A DNA stretch of 64,000 nt from Podarcis pityusensis (lineage: Eukaryota), in NCBI GenBank assembly GCA_964106645.2, contig OZ067038.1. One strand, written 5' to 3'. The translations under genes were made by a program, and so were the position numbers. The notes below the pieces were generated by a model. The model worked only from the letters and a program-made list of their open reading frames with translations, was not told the DNA's origin and searched no databases. Of the stretch, positions 51,831-63,918 are shown one piece after another. Numbering within the stretch: the first letter of the stretch is position 1; the number at the start of each line of letters is the position of its first letter.

Positions 51831-52098
51831 ATTTCCTTTAGTCTATACAACATTGTCCGGCATTCAGCTTTGTCAGAGGACCCAGAGAGGGAGAACTTCT
51901 CTCTGTCAACTCCCACAAGCCTGCAGCCAGCACAGCAAATCCTTGGGGATAATGGAAATTTTAAGGGTAGGTCAGGGCTAAGCTAAAGCATTGATTCCAG
52001 CAGTAAAATGTAAGTTGTTCATTCATTTATAAAATTTATACCCCACCCTTCCTCCCGAATAAACCCAGAGTGGCAAACCCTAGAGTGATAAAACAAAA

Positions 52099-52348
52099 CA
52101 GTCATACCTCATGTTACATTTGCTTCATGATACATTTTTTCAGGTTGCGTCCCGCAAGTACTGGAAAGGGTTACTTCTGGGTTTCACCACTCACGCATGC
52201 GCAGAAGCGCTAAATCGTGCTTCGCACATGCGCACAAGAGCCAAATTGCACCGCGCACCTGCGCAGATACGGCGCTTCAGGTTGCAGGCCTTTCATGTTG
52301 TGAACGGGCCTCCGGAACGGATCCCGTTCGCAACCAGAGGTACCACTC
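52099..52348. mobile_element. Tigger-like MITE family D
   Basis: cagtcatacctc / gaggtaccactc-ta. Confidence 0.85.
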
Positions 52349-53041
52349 TAGAAATGAACAATTGACTCTATACTGAAACTATACAACTGCTATTGGCCTC
52401 GGACTATATGGTCAATGGTTAGGGATGATTGAAACTGGGAATCTAATGGATTATAGGTATCAAATTGGGGAAGGCTGGTGCATAGGATTGAAGCCTGACT
52501 CCAGAAGAATTTTTTAAAAAACCAAAAACTTATTGCTGATTGAAGCTTAGGATTCCAGAACAATTTGCTTCTAATATAGAGAATTCTTCTGGCGCTGCCT
52601 GTCCTAAACCGTCAAGGCCTCCAGTTTGAGAACATGTGAAGACCCGTGACAGATATATTCTGTTAAAGCCAGCCATTCAAACTATACCCACTGAGGTATA
52701 ACTCTGATAACTGTTAACTCTTAGTGTTTAAGATTAATGCAGGAGGAAATTGCTTTGCCCAGCCATGCCTGGTTTTATTAGGTATGGTGTCTATTTTTCG
52801 GATTAAACATAAAGCTCCCAGCTCCGACATAAAGTCACCCATCGTCAGCAAGGGGAATGTATGCTCAAGATGGCAGACATCTAAGACAACTTCCCCATAT
52901 CCCTCTTTGAGGGTTGAACCATGCAAAAGAAAACCTTTTCACATTTCTCAGCTTCACTTTGCTTTGTGTCCCATGTAGGAAAGGCAGACATGTTGTACAA
53001 TAATTGTGTGTTCACATAGGAGCTGCCATACAATTTTAATA

Positions 53042-53285
53042 CAGTTAAACCTCAGATCCCGAACGCCTCCGTTTTGGAACGTTTCATCTCCTGAATGTCA
53101 AAAACCCGGAACTACCGGTAAATGCTCCGGTTTTCAAACAATTTCCAGAAGCCAAATATCCAATGCTGCTTCTGCTTGAGTGCAGGAAGCTCTTGCAACC
53201 AATCGGAAGCCGTGCCTCGGGTGTCAATTTCGGAAGCCAAACAGGCTTCTGGAACAGATTACGTTTGACAACCAAGGTTTGACTG
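53042..53285. mobile_element. Tigger-like MITE family E
   Basis: TA TSD; cagttaaacct / aggtttgactg. Confidence 0.85.
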
Positions 53286-53286
53286 T

Positions 53287-53358
53287 AATAATTATTATAA
53301 TTTATTCTTCGCCCATCTGGCTGGGTTGCCCCAGCCACTCTTGAATGACTTTTCAGCA
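53287..53358 (-). mobile_element. L2 tail
   Basis: cgcccatctggctgggttgccccagccactct. Confidence 0.75.
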
Positions 53359-53405
53359 TCCAATAGAGCTTCTTGTTACTCCATGAGAGAAAAGGATTTG
53401 GTGGG

Positions 53406-53791
53406 TGTGAAATTCAGAAAATGTTGGGATAGGGGTTGTCGGAGCCTCCGCTACGACTGAGCTACTCCTCCGGTCGAGTCCTTCGGAATCGCCTCCGACG
53501 ATGATTAACGACCTGAGCCTCTGATAAGGCTCCAGGCACATTCCCTCATTATGCAGAGTATCCAGCAGCAGGGAAGGACGAGAAATTTGAGCAACATTGC
53601 TAGGTTTTATTTCTAACTACGCAGACAGAAAAGAAATATACGTGCTCTCTCTGTGAAAGCAGAGAGCAACCGGAACACAAAGGAACAGGAAACCAGTAAC
53701 GTCACATCCATCTCCCATCTTCCGTGACACTTCCAACAGCCTGGAATCTCTGGAATGCAAACCAGAGTCTTGTGACTCCAAGCACTTCACA
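53406..53791 (-). mobile_element. CpG-rich solo LTR
   Basis: tgtgaa...ttcaca termini; flanks gtggg/gtggc; minus-strand AATAAA at about 53606. Confidence 0.7.
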
Positions 53792-53859
53792 GTGGCAAAA
53801 CACAGAAACCAACAGGGGTATGAGAAACATGGGGAAATAAGTTGCTCAAGGGACTGAAC

Positions 53860-53945
53860 ATGGATTTTCCAGGTGACTCCCATCCTTTCATTGACTAGAC
53901 TCAGACCTGCTTCACTTCAAGTAATGCTGCTGTATCATTCACCTA
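53860..53945 (-). mobile_element. 5S-derived SINE head fragment
   Basis: ttccaggtgactcccatcc...cagacctgcttcacttca...gctgtatcatt parallels 2060-2120. Confidence 0.5.
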
Positions 53946-53987
53946 GACCCTAGGCTATGGCATGGAACTGCGCCCTGGACCCTAGAC

Positions 53988-54340
53988 TAGGGGTTCTCAA
54001 ATTGTGGTCTGCAGACCACCAAAGGTCCATGAGCTTCATTCAGGTGGTCCATGGCCTAGATTTGAGTTTGAAAATGGGAGCTGCTACATCCATCATATTA
54101 AATATTTTATTTTCAACTGTATTTCAGCTGCTTCTTTTATTTCTTATATTTTATTTTGTGGTACTGCCACTTGAGGTGCATGGAATACAATATATAATAA
54201 AGTAAGGAATTAAAATACAATTAAAATCACAATTAAAATCACAGTATCTAGTACAGCACATTACAATTACCACAGCAAGCAGAAAAACCATTAAGTGGTC
54301 CACCAAAACCATTAGCAATTTTCAAGTGGTCCTGGGGAGA
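53988..54340. mobile_element. hAT Charlie-like element
   Basis: taggggttctcaaattgtggtc start, with repeated gtggtcc motifs at both ends. Confidence 0.6.
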
Positions 54341-54344
54341 GCGA

Positions 54345-54822
54345 GGTTGAGGTTACCACCCCACAGTCTGAGGTGAAGGAGGTGGTGGCCAGAGACAGAG
54401 CCTTCTCAGTAGTGGTACCCTATTTATGGACGTCACTCTCTAAAGGGATTTGCCCAGCGCTCACTTTGTTTTCTTTTCATTACCACGAGAAGCATTGCTC
54501 TCTTCTGCCTTGGTCAGACCACACCTGGAGAACTGTGTCCAGCTCTGGGTGCCACAGTTTAAGTAGGATATTGGAGCATGTGCAGAGGGAGATTCAAGTC
54601 ACAAAAAAGGAAATTCAATCTAAACATCAGGATGAACTTTCTGGCAGTAAGAGCTCTTCAACAGTGGAGCGGACTCCCTTGGTCGTTGGTGGCCTCTCCT
54701 TCTTGAAGGTGTCTAAGCAGAGGTTGAATGGCCATCTGTCATGGATGCTTTAGTTGCAATTATTTCATTGTAGGGGGCTGAACTAGATAACCCTTCCAGC
54801 TCTACAATTCTATGGTTCTATG
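54345..54822 (+). mobile_element. L2 fragment followed by a deleted CR1 3' end
   Basis: ARDRAFSVVVPYLWTSL (L2); gccttggtcagaccacacctggag...ccttccagctctacaattctatggttctatga (CR1). Confidence 0.75.
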
Positions 54823-56148
54823 AAGTGTTGTTTTTTTAAAAATCTTTTGGGCTTTCTTTGAAGCTTTAAATTCTATTCTGGGATCTGCTGCTTTATTGCT
54901 AAACTATTCATGTGTGTTTTATTTCTGTTGATTGCATCGTTGTTTTATTTTGAGGGGGACCAATTGTTTGAAGCATTCTATGTAAATGCAGCCGCACAAC
55001 ACAACCATTTAACATGGAAATTAAGAGTATATTGAGGTATATGAACCTATGATCAGGTTAGGTGATAATGGAACTATACTATTGAAACTGTGCTTTTAAA
55101 AAAGAAGAAGAAGAAGAAGAAGCATTTCACTATTTGTTGAACTATTTTTAGTCAATCCAAATATTATTTCTAATCCTTTTTTTAAAAAAAAAATTATCCA
55201 ATGCAGCAAATATACATTTGTCATTATCTTGATTTATTGGAGAGGGGGAAGAAAAGCAGGTTAATTGAACCGATTTCATTCAATATTTTCCCAACCTTAA
55301 TTGTTGGAGACACAGATAGGGCTGTCATGATCAATTATACTGTTTTCTTGAAATCCCCAAAGATGGGGTGCTTGGGGGGTGCACAGTTAAGGAGCTTCAA
55401 GGCCTAACCTTTCATGTGTGTGCTAATTGCAATCTTTTATTGGCCAGAATATTATACTTCAAGATACCAAGGAGAGCTCTGAAACCTTTCTTCCCTTTGA
55501 AAGGTTAAAAAAAAAATGTTCTAAAAACCTAACAGGGCTAACCCATCTCTCTCTTTAAAGTCTATTTTTGGCTAATTCTTTCTCTCCTTCCCCCACCCCT
55601 TTGTCTGAGGTCAAACCAGAGAAAAAGAATGTGAAGGATATGAACGAGAAAGTTAAGTTTACTGGCCTGGGGTGCAGTGGGGGGGGGGAGGGGGAGGGGA
55701 CGGAAACACAAACGGACAGCGGCAGACGCCAGGAAGAAATTGCAAGACCAAAGCAGTAAATTCTCCCCACCAGCAGAGGGAGCCTCTGCACTTCAAAGGA
55801 TAAGCTATGCCTGTGAAGAAGCCTTTGCTGCTGTTTTTTAAAAACACAACTGCACAAAGCTCTCTAGAAGCAGCAGACAATTAAAGCATGCTAACAGATT
55901 TGTAGGTGCTAGAAAGCAGGAGCAGAGAGACAAAAGGTTTTTTTGCTTAAGCACCAAATTTTGAATCTAAGCCGTATCAGAAGTTCTTTGGGTTAGAGGG
56001 GAATCCACAAAATGGAAAAATTCAGAAAACGTCTGATTAGGGATCGCAGTGATCTTCTGAGTAATATAAGCGCCATCAAGAGAGGCTGAAAGGAACAGCT
56101 CTCCCTGTGTGTTGCTATTTTGAAGGCCAGCATTCCATTCACACCAAA

Positions 56149-56760
56149 ATAATAATAATAATAATAATAATAATTTTATTTATACCCCGCCCTCCCCAGC
56201 CAAGACTGGGCTCAGGGCAGTTAACAACCAATAATAAAAACAAATTGATTGAAATACAACTTAAAAAACAAGATTAAAATACAAGATTAAAACATTAAAA
56301 TGCAGCCTCATCACAGGAGGAGAAAGGAAAAAAGAAAGAGGGGGAGGGAATCAAATTGATTCCAAGCCAAAGGCCAGGCGGAACAACTCTGTCTTACAGG
56401 CCCTGTGGAAAGAAATCAGATCCTGCAGTGACCTGGTCTCATGAGGCAGAGCGTTCCACCAGGCCGGAGCCAGTGTTGAAAAAGCCCCAGCTCTGGTTGA
56501 GGCTAATCTAACTTCCTTAGGGCCTGGGACCTCTAGGGTGTTGCTATTTATGGACCTTAAGGTCCTCCGTGGGGCATACCGGGAGAGGCGGTCCCGTAGG
56601 TACGAGGGTCCTAGGCCGTGAAGGGCTTTAAAGGTCAAAACCAGTACCTTAAATCTGACCCTGTACTCCACTGGGAGCCAGTGCAGCTGGAAAAGCACTG
56701 GGTGAATATGCTCCCATGGCAGAGACCCCGTGAGGAGCCTCGCTGCAGCATTCTGCACCC
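56149..56760 (-). mobile_element. L2 LINE 3' end with intact ORF2 C-terminus
   Basis: VQNAAARLLTG...LHWLPVEYRVRFKVLVLTFKALHGLGPSYLRDRL...WNALP...KTELF; (AAT)n tail. Confidence 0.95.
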
Positions 56761-56761
56761 G

Positions 56762-56855
56762 CATAATCTCCAAGGGTCCCGATTTTCCAGGGACAGTCCC
56801 AGAATTACAAAAGCCATTCCGGCTTCTGGTTTGATCCCAGAATGTCCTTATTTCT
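56762..56855. mobile_element. hAT-like terminal fragment (family of 20224)
   Basis: gtcccgattttccagggacagtcc...tttgatcccagaatgtcc. Confidence 0.65.
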
Positions 56856-58614
56856 CCTGCTGGTGCTGTAGCCACTGAGCTCAGGCAGGACGATGAGCCG
56901 GCACTTGTCCCAAACTGCAAAGGAGCATCTTGTTGCTACTCTGTGGCCTCTTCATGGCTGCCACTTCCGGCTTCCTTCCTTGCGCAGCTCATAACATTCT
57001 GTGAACAGAGTTGACACAACTGCAGCCACACGAGTGTATGGTTACGCACACACAACTTCCACTGGTGTCAGTCATGAGGCTGGGGTAATGCGAAACAGCA
57101 TTCAGCGGTGGCCAACGCAAACTTTTAGCGTGGGAATCAAAAGTGTTTCTAGCTGAAACTGCAGAGGAATTTTAGGTAGGCAGAATAAAATTACTAAAGC
57201 TTGGACTTTGGCCAGGTCACTGGCATTAACATTCCTACTCCAGCAAAAAATAAAAAATCCCATTAAGACATTAATGACCACAAATGGCCAAGACCTTGAT
57301 TTGCATCTCATCGGAAGGAGCTTAAGTAGGCCACACTGTTATGTATCCCTTCCCCTCTCACATACCAACCCCCACCCCCAAAATTAAGCCATCTTAATGG
57401 GGCAATTCTTCCAGTTAAACTTTGGGTTGAGAACGACTTAAGAGCAAACAGAAAATGATCTATGAGCCAGTCCGAAGAGAAACACAAGAGCAGCCCCCCA
57501 GCCGAGGTCAGATTCCTCAAGCACAGGCCATCCAACTTTTGGAGAGCGCCTGAGAAATGACTAAGTTAAAACCTAATTAAAATAAACATGCAGACAATAG
57601 CTTTTGATGCCACTCAGCAAAGATCACTCCTTTCTCTGAAATTAAGATACACCAATTCCAGGAACCTAAACTATTTTTCATCCCCCAGATTTGGAGGGCA
57701 AGCGCACGGCATGAGCGGATGTGCCAAAAACATGTCAGTGGTGCATACGCTGATGAGAAAAGAAGGGGAAGACGGATGGTCGTGCTCCTGATAATTTATT
57801 TCTATACTCAGATCTACAAGCGGCAGGAAAGCCGAGGGAGGGAGGAAGCAGAGGTTGCCAGTCGCCTCCTTCCTCAACAGCCACAAGGATGTTTAACTGA
57901 GCATGACTCATCTTCACAGTGACTAGTCAGCCTATAGACAATAAAAGGATCTGGCTGGCAAGAAAAGGTCAGTATAGGACATGAAGCAATGGATTTCTTT
58001 TCTTTTCTTTTAAGAAAAAAAAAAGGATATTGCAGGGTTACAACAAAGATACTTTGCTAGGCTGAGTCTGTGCCATAATTATGAATGCGCTCCATTATTA
58101 ATATGCCGTTGTGATTTCTGCTCCATGCAAGGGATGGATAATGATATGCATTGGCGGGTGTTCCGGTGCCCCAGACCACGATGGACTAATTTCAAGAAAG
58201 AACAGAGTGCTGCAGAAGCATCAGATAGATACAGAAGCCACAGCAGAAGATTCAGATATTACCTTCATCTTAAGATATACCGCTATTTCCCCCATCTCCT
58301 ACTTACTCGGAATTCTCTAGTAATTTTTTAGAGTGCTTTACGGTCTTTATTGTGTTTACCTATGAAGTGGGCTATTCCCATTTTACAGATAAGAAAGGGA
58401 GAGAGCTGGGATGAGCCTGAATCAAGTCCTAGTCCCCTAAACCCCTTTATTCCCCATCTGTCTGCTCCTCAAGCTCCTGTGCTTTGTTTGAGAAAATACA
58501 AAAACTTAGCCTCTAACTTTGTGGTAGACTTGAGATTGCCTGCACAGGGAGCCAGATTCCTTCTGACAGCAAGGCCAGAGACCCTCTTATCCCCCCTCTT
58601 ATTGGAGACTATCT

Positions 58615-58800
58615 TCTACTATTTGTCCATACTACTCAGTATGGTCTACTATGAGTGGCAACAACTCTCCAAGGTGAGTCTCAGACAGAGAGAGGACTTT
58701 CCTCATTGCCTGCTTCTTGAAATCCTTTTTACAAGCAATTCCAGGGCCTGAACCTGACACCTTCTGCACACAGAGTGTGTCCCTTGCCATTGAACAAGAA
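58615..58800 (-). mobile_element. Old tRNA-derived SINE with CR1-like tail
   Basis: Minus strand tgtgcagaaggtgtcaggttcagg...cttggagagttgttgccactca.agtagaccatactgag. Confidence 0.5.
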
Positions 58801-59149
58801 CACTTCTCCCTTGCATCCTTTGCTATCTGAATCTAGACAGCCTTGATGGCTCCAAGATCTTCTGTACTGTTATCCTTTTACCTGTACAGCATGCTTATTC
58901 CTCGGGGGAGGGGAATTTTGCACCTGTAGGCTAACTGAACCAGCACTTTTAGACACCTGTGCTCCCTGGGATAAGGTGACCACTTGGCATCTGCCTCTCA
59001 TTCAGAGAGGTTATCTGCATTTCGAGAGGGAAGGGTTGACCTGCCATCTCTACCACAAGGACCGGGATGCGTGTGTCTCCCTGTTCTGCCTCAAGGTCCC
59101 TCAACACAGGTTGCTCCTCTGTGGCGTATGGCTTGGGGAGCTCCAGGTC

Positions 59150-59625
59150 AGCTAGACTGGTGGCTGGGAGTGGCTGCTGAGACCATAGAACACTGGTCCT
59201 GAAAGACCTACATTGGTTCTCAGTACATTTCTGAGCACAATTCAAAGTGTTGGTGCTGACCTTTAAAGCCATAAATGGCCTCGGCCCGGTATACTTGAAG
59301 GAGCCTCCCCACCCCCATCGTTCAGCCCAGACACTGAGGTCCAGCTCCGAGGGCCTTCTGGCGGTTCCCTCCCTGCGTGAAGTGAGGTTACAGAGAACCA
59401 GGTAGAGAGCCTTCTTGGTGGTGGCGCCCGCCCTGTGGAACGCCCTCCCATCAGATGTCAAGAAAATAAACAACTATCTGACTTTTAGGAGACATCTGAA
59501 GGCAGTTTAGGGAAATTTTTAATGTTTGATGTTCTATTGTGCTTTTAATTCTGTTGGGAGCTGCCCAGAGTGGCCGGGGAAACCCAGCCAGATGGACAGG
59601 GTATAAATAATAAATTATTATTATC
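59150..59625 (+). mobile_element. L2 LINE 3' end
   Basis: Closely similar to 4365-4758 and extends further 5'. Confidence 0.92.
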
Positions 59626-61241
59626 TATTATCCTCTTAAGAGGATTCCTCCAGCTGAGACATGGCACTACCTAACAACACCACCACCACTAGCACCATGG
59701 AACTTTGAAAAGGATATGGGGAACATACTCAAGTTATATGAAGCGCTGAGCCCACAAGCAAATATATTTGCACCCAGAATTTGGGCAGTGAGAATAAATT
59801 ATTTGAGATTCAAATGGGGGAATGGAATGGAGCACAACTTCAGAGACATCTGCATCCAGGCCTCCCTGCTAACCAAAGTGGTGGTCAATCTACCACTCCT
59901 CTGATGATTTTTGCAACGAGCCCTGAGCCAACGGCTGTTCCCTTATCAGTACAGACTGTACAAAGTTCGGTGAAGTAGAGATTAGTGGCCAATTCACAAA
60001 GACATTTTTATCAAGCGGCAGTGGCAATCCAAGGGGGGGGGGGGATTCACATGGATCTGCAGAATTAATCAAACTGAACATTTGCTATGAATATTCATCC
60101 CCACTGTAATTAATATATAAAACAGTTTAAAGGATAGAAATGACAGCAGTTTCTACATTTCTCCGAGCCTCATGATGAAAGTCTCATTGCCTTCCTTATT
60201 TCTCTCCACTTAGGGCAAGGCTGCGCCAAGTCATTTCCCCATTATCTGTCTCTGAAACTACTAGTACAGGAACCTGCTGCAATCGGAGGTCCTGAATACT
60301 TTTCTTGCGATTCTGGAAGCCAATTGCCATCTTCATGCAGCAACTGTAAATGCTAGGGCTACATTAGTGTTATACTAGGCATTCCTGCAGTAAAGGTAAA
60401 TGCAAATTGGAACTAAGCTAGTCTAAACTGTTTAAATGTCGATTGCAAACCCCTTGGGACAGAGATTCTCCTTTTATAAAGTGCTATCATGTTCCTTGAT
60501 GTCACTGTTATGGCTCAATATTATAATCTAACTCAGCTAAATGTCTCTTTCCTCTTTTAGTGGCACTAACCAAGAGGCATCCACCATCAATGATTTGCTC
60601 TCAACTCCTGGCAGTTGTGACTCAGGAATGAGCTGTACAGTGTATTAGTAAAGTCTGTAACTTGCCCCCCCACCAAAATCTAGCTACAGATCTGCTCCGA
60701 ATTTGCATTTCCCTTGTAAGTTGTGGCAAGGTGGGTCTTTTGCCTGTCATGCATCGTTCCCTAAACTGATTTTGAAGTTACGGAAGCTAAGAATTCTGCG
60801 GAAATAGAACTCCTGACTTTGCAGCGGAACTGAAGATATAGAATTAGGAGTATGCTAGTACCAACTGCTTGATTTGGGGGGGGGGGTGTAGCTATTTAAA
60901 GCAAAGGTGTGGGACCTGCAGCCCTTCCAGATGTTGGACTCCCATCATCCCTATTGAGCCACGCTGGCTGTGGCTGATGGAAGCTGGAGCTCACCCACAT
61001 CTGGAGAGCCACAGGATCCCCACCCCTTTGAGTCTGATGCAACTCTTTCAATCAATTTATCCTTATCTATTTCCTACTGCCCCACCATCACCACCACAAT
61101 CAGTGAGCAGGTATCACCTGCACATGGCATCCCAGAAACTGAAACTTGTGTATATTTTCATTTGCAGGCTAGAAAGTTCATTCATGCCAAGAATCCACAA
61201 CATTTGCTTTGGAAGAATGGAGTTGAATTTCTACAATTTAT

Positions 61242-61545
61242 TGTCAGGCACAGAACATCCAGAGTGAGGAGTCCACTCTTTATTATCCAAAGTACACTTA
61301 CAAGTTAAGCAAAGGCATGTCCTACATCTCTGAGCTACTCTTTGACTCTGCACCAGCCTGACGGATCTCTCTCTCTCTTCCTGCACCTGTTCATCATTCT
61401 CCAACCCTGCAGCTTCTCCTGCGTCTGATCTCCCGGCTGTTACAGGTTCCCCCGGATTACTGATCCCTTCATCCAAGTCAGTCTCCAACCCCCCTTCTCA
61501 TCAAGATCCAGCCCCCACTCCTCAGTGTCCAACCAGTCCCTGACA
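61242..61545 (-). mobile_element. Solo LTR (Gypsy-like)
   Basis: tgtcagg...cctgaca termini; perfect 5-bp TSD tttat; minus-strand AATAAA near the 3' end. Confidence 0.88.
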
Positions 61546-62555
61546 TTTATTAACTATCGTCACCTCTCACCAAGATATGCAATAAATACTAGATTTAATA
61601 GTTGATTTAATTCTTTGGCTACGGCCATATCAAATTTCCATATGCATTTTTGGCTGTCATATTTTATTATGCAATTACTTTTCTTCCTTGTTTTAACAGG
61701 CATGTGGGAAATAAACACTATTTTCCCTCCTTAAAATGTCAACCATTTCTTACACATTTACCTAAATGTGCATTTTATATTTGAGTTCCTTTAACAATGT
61801 TTTCTTTTGAAATGATTAAGATTAAAAAAAAAATTGTTAACTTTGCTGCGTCAAATGTGCATTCTGTAGTTGACCTTTCTAATGTTTCATTTTGGAATTT
61901 TTAAGATGTTTTATTTGCCTGTTAATTACATTTCTTTGAATGTATACTTTTATATTTAGCTTTCTTCAGCAATATTTTTCCCCCTGGATTGTTTTATTTG
62001 ATGTTTTAATGTGCTGTAAGCCAGACTGAGATTTTTTCCCCTTACAAATATAAAGTAGTAAAGAAATGAAAATAATAATAATAATAATAATAATCTACAT
62101 ATTCAGAGATAGATCCTCTTTCTGCTCAAGGCAGGTGTGGGGAAACTTTGACCTGCCAGATGTTGCTGAACTACAACTCCCATCATCCCTTGCCATTGGC
62201 CATATTTGCTAGAGCTTATTGGAGTTATTTCCTCAGAAATAAATGTCACCAGCTATCCTTATATCTCTCAGTTACTCAAAATACTACTCATGCGGATATA
62301 TAATGCTAAGTCAGATAGCAGTAGACTGAGAAGAAATGTGGAGAGGACCAAATTTAGCTCACTGCCCAATATATCAACAGGATTTGAACCCAAGGCTTTT
62401 AAGGCGGAAAGGAGATATAAAATACAGCCTCATCCCCACACCTCACAGTGTCGATCATATTTTAATACTAATTAGTCATTTGGCTGATTATTCAGTCAAA
62501 ATATGCTAGACCGAAACAAATTATATTCTTAGCACATATTTCACATATTGGATCA

Positions 62556-62855
62556 NNNNNNNNNNNNNNNNNNNNNNNNNNNNNNNNNNNNNNNNNNNNN
62601 NNNNNNNNNNNNNNNNNNNNNNNNNNNNNNNNNNNNNNNNNNNNNNNNNNNNNNNNNNNNNNNNNNNNNNNNNNNNNNNNNNNNNNNNNNNNNNNNNNNN
62701 NNNNNNNNNNNNNNNNNNTTTTGNNNNNNNNNNNNNNNNNNNNNNNNNNNNNNNNNNNNNNNNNNNNNNNNNNNNNNNNNNNNNNNNNNNNNNNNNNNNN
62801 NNNNNNNNNNNNNNNNNNNNNNNNNNNNNNNNNNNNNNNNNNNNNNNNNNNNNNN
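62556..62855. other. Two N-blocks (163 and 132 nt) separated by 5 nt (ttttg)
   Basis: Runs of n at 62556-62718 and 62724-62855. Confidence 0.99.
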
Positions 62856-63273
62856 ATGTTATCCTTGTAATTAAAAAAAGCTTGAGATTCGCTTTCATCC
62901 TGTTGACAGACTGGGCAGACAGGCTCAGCACTCTAGCCTGATGGTTTCGGGCTGGCTTCCCTGTTTGACAAAAATAACCAGCACGTTATTTTGCGATAAA
63001 AATGCAGAACATCCGCAGAGACCGAGCAGAAAATAATGAACAAAGATAAAATAATAAGAGAAGTGACAAAGCCTTAGAAGCTAATTAAACTGCTCAGGCC
63101 CAAATGTTGCCTGCTCTCATTTGAGCAGCGCACATCCCCTTTCCTTGTATTAACAAATTTTCATTGCATCAGAAACTTCCCCACTCAGGGAAGAATTGAG
63201 TGTGGAAGGAGAGCCATAGCACCCACTCTGCATGCTGAATCCCTGTCATCTCCAGATAGGGGTAGGAATGTCA

Positions 63274-63737
63274 GTCCGTATAGTTCAAGCTATGGTTTTC
63301 CCAGTAGTGATGTATGGAAGTGAGAGGTGGTCCATAAAGAAGGCTGATCGCCGAAGAATTGATGCTTTTGAATTATGGTGCTGGAGGAGACTCTTGAGAG
63401 TCCCATGGACTGCAAGAAGATCAAACCTATCCATTCTTAAGGAAATCAGCCCTGAGTGCCCCACTGGAAGGACAGATCCTGAAGCTGAGGGTCCAATACT
63501 TTGGCCACCTCATGAGAAGAGACGACTCCCTGGAAAAGACCCTGATGTTGGGAAAGATGGAGGGCAGAAGGAGAAGGGGATGACAGAGGTCGAGATGGTT
63601 GGACAGTGTTCTTGAAGCTACCAGCATGAGTTTGACCAAACTGCGGGAGGCAGTAGAAGACAGGAGTGCCTGTCATGCTCTGGTCCATGGGGTCACGAAG
63701 AGTTGGACACAACTAAACGACTAAACAACAACAACAA
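63274..63737 (+). mobile_element. BovB (RTE) LINE 3' end
   Basis: VRIVQAMVFPVVMYGSERWSIKKADRRRIDAFELWCWRRLLRVPWTARRSNLSILKEI; ggggtcacgaagagttggacac end; (CAA)n tail; frameshifted. Confidence 0.96.
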
Positions 63738-63918
63738 ATTTCATTTCATTTCATTTCATATTGTTTCAGAGCACTTATCAATAGTTGCGACGTTGCCTTG
63801 AGTAGTGCCACACAATGCTTCAGTGTTGACCTGCAGAAAAAATTAGCTGAAAGCACAAAGTAAAGTTTGAGTGCTTGGAAACCAAAGTGTAAGTGGTTAC
63901 AATTTATTTACTTACTTA

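Noticed and set aside
56351-56920. 189-aa ORF, the longest in the track
   Set aside because: L2 ORF2 C-terminus fused by chance to hAT and flanking sequence; not a host gene
58949-59473. 174-aa minus-strand ORF (and the similar 4274-4582)
   Set aside because: Antisense reading of L2 3' ends
63232-63615. 127-aa ORF with RT-like C-terminus
   Set aside because: Truncated, frameshifted BovB
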